Shown here: positions 29,750-43,531 of the stretch, in pieces
Layout of the letters: each line of letters begins with the position of its first letter
Position numbering within the stretch: the stretch's first letter is position 1
Assembly: GCA_964016885.1 (NCBI GenBank)
Contig: OZ024761.1
Coordinates: 6,386,001 to 6,450,000, forward strand
Length of the DNA stretch: 64,000 bases
From: Eledone cirrhosa
Lineage: Eukaryota
Direction of reading: 5' to 3'
Made by a program: the position numbers and the translations under genes
The notes under the pieces: model-generated
The model's database searches: none
What the model saw: the letters and a program-made list of their open reading frames with translations, nothing else
What the model was told of the DNA's origin: nothing

Positions 29750-30070
29750 ACATATATCGGATATCGGATTGACATCCAACAATTTTAAGACCCGGTGGTA
29801 TGCCCTTACCCACTCGTTCAGAAGACCGGTAAAATTCAACCAAACAACACTCGCCGCCTATTTCTGGACCTCAAGAGGAACTCCATCCTTTTCATGCTCA
29901 AATGGAAATTACTCCAGAGAGCGCACTCATATATGGGAGGACACAAATGTTGCGACCTTTGTATTTCGGAGAGCAATGAAATACTATTTGCCAAGGGCCC
30001 GGCACTGGACAAACTCTCTGAACACTGCCCGAATTACATGCACAAATCTCTGCAACTGCTGGACTTGAGA
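29750..30070 (+). pseudogene. PLE GIY-YIG endonuclease fragment
   Basis: YIGLTSNNFKTRWY..HSF..TTLAAYFW / LK..LKWKLL..SY.GG...CDLCISE..EIL across a frameshift; homologous to the 21350-21650 region. Confidence 0.75.
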
Positions 30071-30252
30071 ACAGTCGAGAATATATAGTTGTCTCGTCTG
30101 TGTAAATGAGGTGATTAATCTCATTTGCATATGAAGCTGCATAAGTTGGCTCAACTTAGAATATAAAAGAAATAGGATTTCGCTTCAAGCATAGCTTTAT
30201 GCAGATGTGTATAGAAATTTCGTATTTCTAAAGAAACACGGTTTTAGGAAGC

Positions 30253-30456
30253 CGTAGCTATACAAACACCCGGGGCTAACGCCATCTGGTGGTGTCCAGC
30301 AGAAGCAAACTATATATTCTCAAGTCCAGTAGTTGCAAGCGGTTGGATGGACCGTCCTGATAAAGGCCAGTCAAGCCTTAAATGTATAGACGGTTGTACC
30401 CCTTGCTTCTACTGGACACCACCAGAGGGCGTTAGCCCTGGTATTTGCATAGCTAC
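30253..30456. repeat. Inverted repeat (~55-bp arms) enclosing a decayed hammerhead (30351-30394)
   Basis: gtagctat..gggctaacgccatctggtggtgtccag.agaagcaa vs ttgcttctactggacaccaccagagggcgttagccc..atagctac; centre ccgtc CTGATAA aggc..gcct TAAA tgta TA gacgg. Confidence 0.7.
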
Positions 30457-30755
30457 GACTTCCTAAATGTGTGTCTGTGTTATATATATATGTATATATA
30501 TATGTGCGTGTGTGATTGTAAACACCTGACCATTTTGCAGGCTTTAACACAGCCACTTAATGAAAACCCTTTGTTTTCTTAGAATAAATGAACCTTGAAA
30601 ATTAGGATTGCCTGCATTTGTATTTTTCTCTAAATATAGTTTTTCAAAGAACCCCATTCTTTAAATACATCAGCCAATGACCTTCTCCTATCCCAATCAC
30701 CACCTTTCCCTACCACCAGAAAATGTATAAATACCACCATATCACATTGACAGTC

Positions 30756-30807
30756 GGCTTTTCTGATGATTTCATTAGAATGAAACAATTCTAGTCCTGT
30801 AGAAGCC
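30756..30807 (+). ncRNA. Type I hammerhead ribozyme, family D
   Basis: ggctttt CTGATGA tttc-atta-gaat GAAA ca-attctagtcc-tg TA gaagcc. Confidence 0.7.
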
Positions 30808-30817
30808 ATTTCTATAT

Positions 30818-30920
<103 letters not shown>

Positions 30921-31051
30921 CAAGAAAGTAAGTGTTGGTAAAATCCAGTACTTCAGTATGCGGATAGGGACCACTCAACGAAGATATAAGTTCCGGAGTT
31001 ATAATAGTGACGAAACATAAGTCAATTGCATGAACTCATAATCCTTTATTT

Positions 31052-31107
31052 ACTGCTATATATATTTCGATGATAGTCATTGAATGGCTATGACCTCATC
31101 AGGCAGT
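31052..31107 (-). ncRNA. Type I hammerhead ribozyme, family A
   Basis: actgc CTGATGA ggtcatagccattcaatgactatcatc GAAA tatata TA gcagt. Confidence 0.85.
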
Positions 31108-31193
31108 TAGTCAGTTCTTAGATATGCCAGCTCTGTGTTTATAGTGTTGATGGTATCAGAGCCTCCCAAGGCTCTGATACCATCAACTGAATA

Positions 31194-31249
31194 ACTACCT
31201 GATGAGGTCATAGCCATTCAATGACTATCATCGAAATCTATATAGCAGT
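31194..31249 (+). ncRNA. Hammerhead ribozyme, family A, with a stem I mismatch
   Basis: actac CTGATGA ... GAAA tctata TA gcagt. Confidence 0.65.
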
Positions 31250-31290
31250 AAATAAAGGATTATGAGTTCATGCAATTGACTTATGTTTCG

Positions 31291-31339
<49 letters not shown>

Positions 31340-31341
<2 letters not shown>

Positions 31342-32700
31342 TGAACTCCAACCCACAAGGGTTCCGTAATGGAAGGGACTGCCTAACGCAGCTCCTGCAT
31401 CACGTTGATGATATTTTGAGAGCTTTGGGAGAGATTTCCAACACTGATGTCACCTACCTTGATATCAGCAATGGCTTTGACAGGGTTGATTACAAAATTC
31501 TACTGAAAAAACTATCCAACATTGGTGTCTCTTGAAAGTTACCGCAATGGATCAAGTGTTTCCTGACAAACAGAACCCAACAGAGTTGAATGCGAACAAT
31601 GAAGCCCAGTCAATGTCAATAATTGTTTCTACTTTAGGCACAAGGCCAGCAATTGCCCAGTGCATTACTGGTACTTTATTTTATCGACCCCGTAAGGATG
31701 AAAGGCAAAGTCAACCTCGGCGGGATTTGAACTCAGATCGTAAAGGGACGTTACTATGCTGGAAATCATGGCGTCCGACCCTCTACCGATACTGCCAATG
31801 ACATTCCACAAGGCAGTGTGTTGGGCCCACTTCTTTTCCCTATCTACATAAATGACGTTACTGACGCCATCAAGCACAGCAGCACAAGAATCTTTGCAGA
31901 TGATTCCAAGCTCCAGAAGGTAATCAATAAGGTGGGTGACCAGACTTGCCTTCAATCAGATCGACTGGCTGTTATCCAATGGACGGAAAAGAACAATATA
32001 CTGCTGAGGATAAACGAAGATAAACAGCAAAGTTGACATGGACGGCAGAATGTGTTTCTGGATTCTCAGAACCTTCCAGTTGAGAGATATCCACACTGTT
32101 ATCCTTCACTACTTTTGCCCGACCTCACCTTGAATACTGTAGTCCACTGTGGTCTCCCCACAGGAAACAAAGTATCATGAAAGTTGAAGCACCTCAAATG
32201 TCAATTACAAAAAAGATAGATGCCATGACAGGCCTTGACTATTGGGGTCGGCTAGAAAAGCTCAAACTTTATTCTCTCCAACACCACCGTCAGCGCCACA
32301 TTATCTGCATGGTGTGGAAAATATTCCATCAGCATTGCCCAAATTATGTTGGCATCACCTTTAAGGCTTGGGCCCCGTGCTATCCGCCCACGACAAAAAT
32401 CTCACTCGTATCTCCTAACAACAATACGACACAATTATTTCACCTCAATTGGCCCCGCTCTCTTTAATATTACACCAAAACACATTAAAACAGAAACAGA
32501 CCCCATAACATTCAAAAGGTCTTTGGACTAATTCCTCCAAGAAACCCGGATAAACCTACTACATCCGGATATCTTTCCGTAAACAATAACTCTGTACTTG
32601 AGTGGGCCATGGTGTCCAAATAATGATTTGAAAGACTTCGCCAGGTGGTGCTATTACGTTAGACATGGCCTGGGCCAATACTGGCGAACCTATCAAATTT
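31340..32700 (+). mobile_element. CR1-group LINE RT fragment, internally deleted and interrupted by a SINE
   Basis: QGFRNGRDCLTQLL..DVTYLD..FDRVD..LLKKL; IPQGSVLGPLLF.IYIND; IFADDSKL; LEYCSPLWSP; LDYWGRLEKLKLYSL; GPALFN. Confidence 0.9.
31619..31799 (-). mobile_element. SINE family 1 inserted in the LINE RT
   Basis: Near full-length reverse copy with A box (tggcagtatcgg) and B box (gttcaaatc). Confidence 0.9.
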
Positions 32701-32714
32701 GTCAAACTTATGCA

Positions 32715-32960
32715 AGAGATGTCAACATCAATGGACCTGTTATTTTTTATCTAAAGACAGTTTTTCCAATTCCAACCCACCCGTCTCCCTCAATCTATTT
32801 TATTTCTCATTCTTTCTTCTAATGAAGGACTAGCGTCCGAAACGTTAAGACCCTCTTCCTGCTATATCAAGCGTTAACCTAATATATACCTTCCATATAC
32901 TGTACCGATTGTGTTGTTATTTCTGTTTACCTTTTACATACATATATATAAATATATATA
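32715..32960 (+). mobile_element. Family G repeat with mutated hammerhead (CTAATGA at 32819); intact copy at 59990-60215(-)
   Basis: Sequence identity between the two loci; tctt CTAATGA aggac-tagc-gtcc GAAA cg TT aaga. Confidence 0.75.
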
Positions 32961-33108
32961 TATATATACAATATTAATTGTTTCTACATTTGGCACAAGG
33001 CCAGCAATTACCCAGTGCATTACTGGTACTTTATTTTATCGACCCCGTAAGGATGAAAGGCAAAGTTAACCTCATGGAAACTATATTTATAAAACCATAT
33101 TTATTTCA

Positions 33109-33162
33109 TTATACATATTTCAAGGATACCAAGTTAAATCATGGTATGCCTTCATCAGACAA
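33109..33162 (-). ncRNA. Hammerhead-like motif (family H; second copy 62164-62218 +); core intact, stem I register doubtful
   Basis: CTGATGA aggcatacca..tggtatcctt GAAA tatgta. Confidence 0.5.
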
Positions 33163-34106
33163 AATACAATATATAACAGTTTTACAAATAGATATTGACG
33201 TACCCTTTCAAAAAGGTGACCGTTGCTTTTGGAGGCCATCCGGATAGTGGTTTGTTTACTTTAGTAAGTCATAGTGTTAAGAGTAAGTAAAAAGATGGAG
33301 AGAGAGAGAGAGAGAGAGAAACGTGGAGAAAAGAAAGGGAAAGATAGATAAAGAAAAAGAAGAAAGCAAAAAGAAAAGAGAACAGAGGAAAAATAACGGG
33401 GAGATATCAAAACATCAGACAGAGAAAGAACTCAAGAGAGAGATATGTAGAGATAGAGAGAGAGGGGAGAGAACGAAAACCTTAAGTTATGTCATATTAA
33501 GTTGAGTTAACAATTGAGATGAAATATATATATATATTTAATTTGAAAGTGACCAACACAATATAGTATATATAGTTATATATTGTGTTGTTCACTTTCT
33601 AATTAAATCGCTCTGTTCTATACATAGAACACTCTTTTTTTCCTATGCGTTTTCTTCGGAATTACCTAACACACACACTTATATATATATATATATATAT
33701 ATACTTTTGGCGCAAAATCAATTTTTAACATTCACATGACCTCTACCGACCAATCAAAATTGTTTTGACCACAACAATTTTTTCATACATCTGGAGCCAC
33801 TTTTTTTTTACATAAAACAGGTAGAATTTCCAAAACTAATCAGATTAGAGCAAACATCACGAGCGCTCTATCTCAAAATTATTTTTGAAAAGCATTAGAA
33901 ATGCGCAACCGGTAAAACTTAAAACCAAAACTGAATACTAACCAATACTATTACTAATGTTTACTTATTCCTAATTAAACTATTTTTCACTGGGAACAAT
34001 TTGTCAGCATTTTCTTTTCCTTTTACCAATATATATATATAAACAAATAGTAAAAAGAAAAAATTCAGTAGAAAATGCTGGAGGGATTTTTTCAGTACAA
34101 TATCAA

Positions 34107-34497
34107 AACATTTATTTATAAAGTGGGTATTTCCACATTTAATTGTGCTACTGGTTTCAGCATTATATGCTTTTTTAACGGCGAATGTGCAAAGTGCAGT
34201 TAAGTTGCATATTTATACGAATAATAATAAAATGGGGAAGAAAAATTATTTGTTTTTACATATTTAGAGAGGAAAGTTCATCTCCCTGTCCGGGGTTCTC
34301 CTTCTGTTAGTGGACAGAAACATGAACCCTCCTCTCTAAATATGTAAAAACTAATAATTTTTCCTCCCCATTTTAGTATTATTCGTATAAATATGCAACT
34401 TAACCGCACTTTGCACATCCGCCGTTGAAAAAGCATATAATGCTGAAACCGGTAAAACGATTAAATGCGGAAATACCCACTTTATAAATAAATGTTT
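34107..34497. mobile_element. Fold-back element, ~180-bp arms, with a decayed hammerhead-like end
   Basis: aaacatttatttataaagtgggtatttcc... / ...ggaaatacccactttataaataaatgttt; right arm TTGAAAA agcat-ata-atgct GAAA ccgg TA. Confidence 0.85.
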
Positions 34498-34524
34498 GTA
34501 ATAATATCAATGACTTGCCTAGCT

Positions 34525-35170
34525 AATAGGGTAGGTTACCATATGGTAGGTTACTATAGGGTAGGTTACCCAAGCGTAGGTTACCATGGGTAGGTTACCA
34601 TAGGGTAGGTTACCACAGGGTAGGTTACAATAGAGTAGGTTACCATGGGTAGGTTATCATAGACTAGGTTACCATAGGGTAGGTTACCAAAGACTAGGTT
34701 AGCACAGGGTAGGTTACCATAACGTAGGTTAGCACAGGGTAGGTTACCATAACGTAGGTTAGCACAGGGTAGGTTACCATAGGATAGGTTATCATGGTTA
34801 GGTTACCATTGGTAGGTTATCATAGACTAGGTTACCATGGGGTAGGTTATCATGGGGTAGGTTACCATAGACTAGGTTACCATAGGGTAGGTTACAATAG
34901 AGTAGGTTACCACGGGTAGCTTCCATTGGTAGGTTATCATAGACTAGGTCACCATAAGGTAGGTTACCATGGGGTAGGTTACCACAGGGTAGGTTACCAA
35001 AGACTAGGTTACCACAGGGTAGGTTACCATAACGTAGGTTAGCACAGGGCAGGTTACCATAGGGTAGGTTACCATGGGGTAGGTTACTATAGGGTAGGTT
35101 ACAATAGAGTAGGTTACCATGGGGTAGGTTACCATAGGGTAGGTTACCATAGTTTAGGTTAACATAGGTT
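34525..35170. repeat. ~14-15-bp minisatellite (taggttaccataggg)
   Basis: ~43 degenerate units. Confidence 0.95.
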
Positions 35171-35519
35171 CGTTAAGGTTAGGTTGGTTTACTCAGTGAA
35201 TAAAGACTAAAGAATGACAAGCGCATCTAGGGGTAGGGGGATGGTGCTGCCATTTTGGGGGGTCGTCTTATCCAGCGAATATAGGTCTAAACCTGAATCA
35301 CACCTCAGAATTTTAGGGGTCGACCTATGCACCGGATTGACTTGTACACCGGCATATACAATAATTAGATTTTCTTTCTGAATAAACACACCTGCAATTG
35401 TAAGTCATCACTAGGTGGAGCCATGCTATCTTTCGTATGTTTTCAACCAGTCCTCGTCTCACATCCAGTGAAACAAACCAGAGGTTAGCAACACTAACAT
35501 ATCTCATTCGCTACCCTTT

Positions 35520-38500
35520 CTTATATAGACCAGAGAAGGGTGTGGTCTATATAGAAAGGTGGTCTTATATAGACCAGAGAAGTGTGTGGTTTATATATAT
35601 TATAGAAAGGTGGTCTTATATAGACCAGAGAAGTGTGTGGTCTATATATATATTGTAGAAAGGTGGTCTTATTAAGACCAGAGAAGTGTGTGGTCTATAT
35701 ATTATAGAAAGGTGGTCTTATATAGACCAGAGAAGTGTGTGGTCAATATATTATAGAAAGGTGGTCTTATATAGATCTGAGAAGGGTTAGGTCAATATAT
35801 TATAGAAAGGTGGTCTTATATAGATCAGAGAAGGGTGTGGTCTATATATTATAGAAAGGTGGTCTATATAAGACCACCTTTCTATAATATATAGACCTAA
35901 TACTTTCTCTGGTCTATATATTATAGAAAGGTGGTCTTATATAGACCTGAGAAGTGTTAGGTCTATATATTATAGAAAGGTGGTCTTATATAGATCTGAG
36001 AAGGGTTAGGTCTATATATTATAGAAAGGTGGTCTTATATAGACCAGAGAAGTGTTAGGTCTATATATTATAGAAAAGTGGTCTTGTATAGACCAGAGAA
36101 GTGTGTGGTCTATATATTATAGAAAGGTGATCTTATATAGACCAGAGAAGAGTGTGGTCTATATATTATAGAAAGGTGGTCTTATATACACCTGAGAAGG
36201 GTTAGGTCTATATATTATAGAAAGGTGGTCTTATATAGACCAGAAAATTGTGTGGTCTATATATCATAGAGAGGTGGTCTTATATAGACCTGAGAAGTGT
36301 TAGGTCTATATATTATAGAAAGTTGGTAGTATATAGACCAGAGAAGTGTGTGGTCTATATATTATAGAAAGGTGGTCTTATATAGACCAAAGAAGTGTGT
36401 GGTCTATATATTATAGAAATTTGGTCGTATATAGACCTAAGAACTGTGCGGTCTATATATTATAGAAAGGTGGTCTTATATAGACCAGAGAAGTGTGTGG
36501 TCTATATATTATAGAAAGGTGGTCTTATATAGACCTGAGAAGTGTTAGGTCTATATATTATAGAAAGGTGGTCTTATCTAGACCTGAGAAGGGTTAGGTC
36601 TATATATTATAGAAAGGTGGTCTTATATAGACCAAAGAAGTGTGTGGTCTATATATTATTGAAAGGTGGTCTTATATAGATCACAGAAGGTTAGGTCTAT
36701 ATATTATAGAAAGGTGGTCTTATATAGACAAGAGAAGGGTTAGGTCTATATATTATAGAAAGGTGGTCTTATATAGACCTTAGAAGGGTGTGGTCTATAT
36801 AGAAAGGTGGTCTTATATAGACCTAAGAAGTGTGTGGTCTATATATTATAGAAAGGTGGTCTTGTATTGACCTGAGAAGTGTGTGGTCTATATATTGTAG
36901 AAAGGTGGTCTTATATAGACCAGAGAAGTGTGTGGTGTATATATTATAGAAAGGTGGTCTTAAATAAACCAGAGAAGTGTGTGGTCTATATATCATAGAG
37001 AGGTGGTCTTATATAGACCAGAGAAGTGTGTGGTCTATATATTATAGAAAGGTGGTCTTATATAGACCAGAGAAAGGTTAGGTATATATATTGTAGAAAG
37101 GTGGTCTTATATAGACCTGAGAAGTGTTAAGTCTATATATTATAGAAATGTGGTCTTATGTAGACCTGAGAAGGGTTAGGTCAATATATTATAGAAAGGT
37201 GGTCTTATCTAGACCTGAGAAGGGTTAGGTCTATATATTATAGAAAGGTGGTCTTATATAGACCAAAGAAGTGTGTGGTCTATATATTATTGAAAGGTGG
37301 TCTTATATAGATCACAGAAGGTTAGGTCTATATATTATAGAAAGGTGGTCTTATATAGACAAGAGAAGGGTTAGGTATATATATTGTAGAAAGGTGGTCT
37401 TATATAGACCTTAGAAGGGTGTGGTCTATATAGAAAGGTGGTCTTATATAGACCAGAGAAGTGTGTGGTCTATATATTATAGAAAGGTGGTCTTATATAG
37501 ACCTGAGAAGTGTTAGGTCTATATATTATAGAAAGGTGGTGTTATATAGACCAGAGAAGTGTGTGGTCTATATATCATAGAGAGGTAGTCTTATATAGAC
37601 CAGAGAAGTGTGTGGTCTATATATATTATAGAAAGGTGGTCTTATATAGCCAGAGAAGTGTGTGGTCTATATATATTATAGAAAGGTCGTCTTATATAGA
37701 CCAGAGAAGTGTGTGGTCTATATAGAAAGGTGGTCTTATATAGACCTGAGAAGTGTGTGGTCTATATATTATAGAAAGGTGGTCTTATATCGACCAGCGA
37801 AGTGTTTGGTCTATATATTATAGAAAGGTGGTCTTATATAGACCAGAGAAGGGTTAGGTCTATATATTATAGAAAGGTGGTCTTATATAGACCAGAGAAG
37901 TGTGTGGTCTATATAGAAAGGTGGTCTTATATAGACCAGAGAAGTGTGTGGTCTATATATTATAGAAAGGTGGTCTTATATTGACCTGAGAAGTGTGTGG
38001 TCTATATATTGTAGAAAGGTGGTCTTATATAGACCAGAGAAGTGTGTGGTGTATATATTATAGAAAGGTGGTCTTATATAGACCAGAGAAGTGTGTGGTC
38101 TATATATCATAGAGAGGTGGTCTTATATAGACCAGAGAAGTGTGTGGTCTATATATTATAGAAAGGTGGTCTTATATAGACCAGAGAAGGGTTAGGTATA
38201 TATATTGTAGAAAGGTGGTCTTATATAGACCTGAGAAGTGTTAAGTCTATATATTATAGAAATGTGGTCTTATGTAGACCTGAGAAGGGTTAGGTCTATA
38301 TATTATAGAAAGGTGGTCTTATCTAGACCAGAGAAGGGTTAGGTCTATATATTATAGAAAGGTGGTCTTATATAGACCAAAGAAGTGTGTGGTCTATATA
38401 TTATTGAAAGGTGGTCTTATATAGACGACAGAAGGTTAGGTCTATATATTATAGAAAGGTGGTCTTATATATACAAGAGAAGGGTTAGGTATATATATTG

Positions 38501-41500
38501 TAGAAAGGTGGTCTTATATAGACCAGCGAAGTGTGTGGTCTATATATTATAGAAAGGTGGTCTTATATAGACCTGAGAAGTCTTAGGTCTATATATTATA
38601 GAAAGGTGGTCTTATATAGACCAGAGAAGTGTGTGGTCTATATATCACAGAGAGGTGGTCTTATATAGACCAGAGAAGTGTGTGGTCTATATATATTATA
38701 GAAAGGTGGTCTTATATAGACCAGAGAAGTTTGTGGTCTATATATATTATAGAAAGGTGGTCTTGTATAGCCAGAGAAGTGTGTGGTCTATATATATTAT
38801 AGAAAGGTCGTCTTATATAGACCAGAGAAGTGTGTGGTCTATATATTATAGAAAGGTGGTCTTATATAGACCACAGAAGTCTTAAGTCTATATATTATAG
38901 AAAGGTGGTCTTATATAGACCTGAGAAGGGTTAGGTCTATATATTATAGAAAGGTGGTCTTATATAGACCAGAGAAGTGTGTGGTCTATATATCATAGAG
39001 AGGTGGTCTTATATAGACCAGAGAAGTGTGTGGTCTATATATTATAGAAAGGTGATCTTATATAGACCAGAGAAGTGTTAGGTCTATATATTATAGAAAG
39101 GTGGTCTTATATACATCTGAGAAGGGTTAGGTCTATATATTATAGAAAGGTGGTCTTATATAGACCAGAGAAGAGTGTGGTCTATATATTATAGAAAGGT
39201 GGTCTTATATACACCTGAGAAGGGTTAGGTCTATATATTATAGAAAGGTGGTCTTATATAGACCAGAGAAGTGTGTGGTCTATATATTATAGAAAGGTGG
39301 TCTTATATAGACTAGAGAAGTGTGTGGTCTATATATTATAGAAAGGTGGTCTTATATAGACCAGAGAAGTGTGTGGTCTATATATTATAGAAAGGTGGTC
39401 TTATATAGACCAGAGAAGTGTGTGGTCTATATAGAAAGGTGGTCTTATATAGACCAGAGAAATGTGTGGTCTATATATTATAGAAAGGTGGTCTTATATC
39501 GACCAGCGAAGTGTGTGGTCTATATATTATAGAAAGGTGGTCTTGTATTGACCTGAGAAGTGTGTGGTCTATATATTGTAGAAAGGTGGTCTTATATAGA
39601 CCAGAGAAGTGTGTGGTGTATATATTATAGAAAGGTGGTCTTAAATAAACCAGAGAAGTGTGTGGTCTATATATCATAGAGAGGTGGTCTTAGATAGACC
39701 AGAGAAGTGTGTGGTCTATATATTATAGAAAGGTGGTCTTATATAGACCAGAGAAAGGTTAGGTATATATATTGTAGAAAGGTGGTCTTATATAGACCTG
39801 AGAAGTGTTAAGTCTATATATTATAGAAATGTGGTCTTATGTAGACCTGAGAAGGGTTAGGTCAATATATTATAGAAAGGTGGTCTTATCTAGACCTGAG
39901 AAGGGTTAGGTCTATATATTATAGAAAGGTGGTCTTATATAGACCAAAGAAGGGTGTGGTCTATATATTATTGAAAGGTGGTCTTATATAGATCACAGAA
40001 GGTTAGGTCTATATATTATAGAAAGGTGGTCTTATATAGACCAGAGAAGAGTTAGGTATATATATTGTAGAAAGGTGGTCTTATATAGACCTGAGAAGTG
40101 TTAAGTCTATATATTGTAGAAATGTGGTCTTATGTAGACCTGAGAAGGGTTAGGTCTATATATTATAGAAAGGTGGTCTTATCTAGACCTGAGAAGGGTT
40201 AGGTCTATATATTATAGAAAGGTGGTCTTATATAGACCAAAGAAGTGTGTGGTCTATATATTATTGAAAGGTGGTCTCATATAGACGACAGAAGGTTAGT
40301 CTATATATTATAGAAAGGTGGTCTTATATAGACAAGAGAAGGGTTAGGTATATATATTGTAGAAAGGTGGTCTTATATAGACAAGAGAAGGGTTAGGTAT
40401 ATATATTGTAGAAAGGTGGTCTTATATAGACCAGAGAAGTGTGTGGTCTATATATTATAGAAAGGTGGTCTTATATAGACCAGAGAAGAGTGTGGTCTAT
40501 ATATCATAGAGAGATGGTCTTATATAGACCAGAGAAGTGTGTGGTCTATATATATTATAGAAAGGTTGTCTTATATAGCCAGAGAAGTGTGTGGTCTATA
40601 TATATTATAGAAAGGTCGTCTTATATAGACCAGAGAAGTGTGTGGTCTATATATTATAGAAAGGTGGTCTTATATAGCCCAGAGAAGTTTGTGGTCTATA
40701 TATATTATAGAAAGGTGGTCTTATATAGCCAGAGAAGTGTGTGGTCTATATATATTATAGAAAGGTCGTCTTATATAGACCAAAGACGTGTGTGGTCTAT
40801 ATATTATAGAAAGGTGGTCTTATATAGACCACAGAAGTCTTAAGTCTATATATTATAGAAAGGTGGTCTTATATAGACCAGAGAAGTGTGTGGTCTATAT
40901 ATTATAGAAAGGTGGTCTTATATAGACCAGAGAAGTGTGTGGTCTATATATCATATAGAGGTGGTCTTATATAGACCAGAGAAGTGTGTGGTCTATATAT
41001 TATAGAAAGGTGGTCTTATATAGACCAGAGAAGTGTTAGGTCTATATATTATAGAAAGGTGGTCTTATATACATCTGAGAAGGGTTAGGTCTATATATTA
41101 TGGAAAGGTGGTCTTATATAGACCAGAGAAGAGTGTGGTCTATATATTATAGAAAGGTGGTCTTATATACACCTGAGAAGGGTTAGGTCTATATATTATA
41201 GAAAGGTGGTCTTATATAGACCAGAGAAGTGTGTGGTCTATATATTATAGAAAGGTGGTCTTATATAGACCAGAGAAGTGTGTGGTCTATATATTATAGA
41301 AATGTGGTCTTATATAGACCAGAGAAGTGTGTGGTCTATATATTATAGAAAGGTGGTCTTATATAGACCAGAGAAGTGTGTGGTCTATATAGAAAGGTGG
41401 TCTTATATAGACCAGAGAAACGTGTGGTCTATATATTATAGAAAGGTGGTCTTATATCGACCAGCGAAGTGTGTGGTCTATATATTATAGAAAGGTGGTC

Positions 41501-42626
41501 TTATATAGACCAGAGAAGGGTTAGGTCTATATATTATAGAAAGGTGGTCTTATATAGACCAGAGATGTGTGTGGTCTATATAGAAAGGTGGTCTTATATA
41601 GACCAGAGAAGTGTTAGGTCTATATATTATAGAAAGGTGGTCTTATATAGACCAGAGAAGTGTGTGGTCTATATAGAAAGGTGGTCTTATATAGACCAGA
41701 GAAGTGTGTGGTCTATATATTATAGAAAGGTGGTCTTATATAGACCAGAGAAGTGTGTGGTCTACATATTATAGAAAGGTGGTCTTATATAGACCAGAGA
41801 AGTGTGTGGTCTATATATTATAGAAAGGTGGTCTTATATAGACCAGAGAAGTGTGTGGTCTATATATTATCGAAAGGTGGTCTTATATAGACCTGAGAAG
41901 GGTTAGGTCTATATATTATAGAAAGGTGGTCTTATATAGACCTGAGAAGTGTGGTCTACATATTATAGAAAGGTGGTCTTATATAGACCAGAGTAGTGTG
42001 TGGTCTACATATTATAGAAAGGTGGTCTTATATAGACCACAGATGTGTGTGGTCTACATATTATAGAAAGGTGGTCTTATATAGACCAGAGAAGTGTGTG
42101 ATCTATATAGAAAGGTGGTCTTATATAGACCAGAGAAGTGTGTGGTCTATATATTATAGAAAGGTGGTCTTATATAGACCAGAGAAGTGTGTGGTCTATA
42201 TAGAAAGGTGGTCTTATATAGACCAGAGAAGTGTGTGGTCTATATATTATAGAAAGGTGGTCTTATATAGACCAGAGAAGTGTGTGGTCTACATATTATA
42301 GAAAGCTGGTCTTATATAGAGCAGAGAAGTGTGGTCTACATATTATAGAAAGGTGGTCTTATATAGACCACAGAAGTGTGTGGTCTATATATATTATACA
42401 AAGGTGGTCTTATATAGACCAGAGAAGTGTGGTCTACATATTATAGAAAGGTGGTCTTATATAGACCACAGAAGTGTGTGGTCTATATATATTATACAAA
42501 GGTGGTCTTATATAGACCTGAGAAGTGTGGTCTACATATTATAGAAAGGTGGTCTTATATAGACCAGAGAAGTGTGTGGTCTATATATCATAGAGAAGTG
42601 TGTGGTCTATATATTATAGAAAGGTG
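35520..42626. repeat. 49-bp hairpin-containing satellite, ~145 copies
   Basis: Unit tatagaaaggtggtcttatatagaccagagaagtgtgtggtctatatat; internal arms tatatagacca/tggtctatata. Confidence 0.97.
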
Positions 42627-42849
42627 CCTCCAGCGCTCTTCCATCCAGTTAGTCCCAGACTGTGATAGCCACAGTATTGTAACCAACTTCAGCCATAGCT
42701 GTTGTCTCCCTGTATTCGCGGGTTTACGTTCCTAGAGCACCCGTGAAGAGTGAAAACACGCGAATATTGGACGTGGTCCATAAAAATTCCTATAAACGTC
42801 AAAATATAACGTAAAATATAATTAAAAAAATGGCGAAGGGCCTGCAAAT

Positions 42850-43035
42850 CGGACCGAGGAAATAATGTTTCCGTTGGTCTTTCCAGTTGCTAGTACTATC
42901 TATCGGTCGCAACTCCAGGTAGAAAATGCAACGTGAAATAAAGTGTCTTGCTCAAGGACATAACGCATCGCCAGGTCCAGGAATCGAACTCACAACCTCA
43001 AGATTGTGAATCCAATTCTCTTACCACTCAGCCAT
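42850..43035 (-). mobile_element. tRNA-derived SINE family 2
   Basis: Reverse complement of 28085-28275. Confidence 0.85.
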
Positions 43036-43426
43036 ACTTCCACATTAGAAGGCATCATATACATACGAATATATGTCCAGTCATGCAATTCTTTCTTAAT
43101 TTATGAAATGTTTTACATATTTTTACATTTCCTTTGAAGTACTGAACTTAAAACTTCCTAACTAGGCGTGGACTTTCTGGTTCTGTGGAACCTTCACAAC
43201 ATTTATATTGAGACAATTGTGTGTTTTTAAGGGAAGAAACTCTGGCAAAACATGATAGTTGTCTCCCTTAAATATTGATTTACTGTTGATTCTGTGTTGT
43301 ATTCTATATTTCTTGAATATTTACAGATTGCAATCGGCTATGGCCATGCTGTAGCAACAACTTTAAGAAGTTCTGTATTCCTTCTGTAGCCAGCATGACT
43401 ATAATTTCAAAATAGGGAGCGCACAG

Positions 43427-43467
<41 letters not shown>

Positions 43468-43500
43468 GCAGGCACACACAACACTCACACACACACACAT

Positions 43501-43531
<31 letters not shown>

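Larger units (their letters stand above)
31004..31297. mobile_element. Fold-back made of two opposed copies of the 3' end of the 19.4-22.9 kb PLE
   Basis: Arms match 22742-22897; HHRs at 31052-31107(-) and 31194-31249(+). Confidence 0.92.

Noticed and set aside
43320-43390. Possible host exon (ttacag|IAIGYGHAVATT, faintly RCC1-like)
   Set aside because: Short, no convincing donor site and no supporting neighbouring exons
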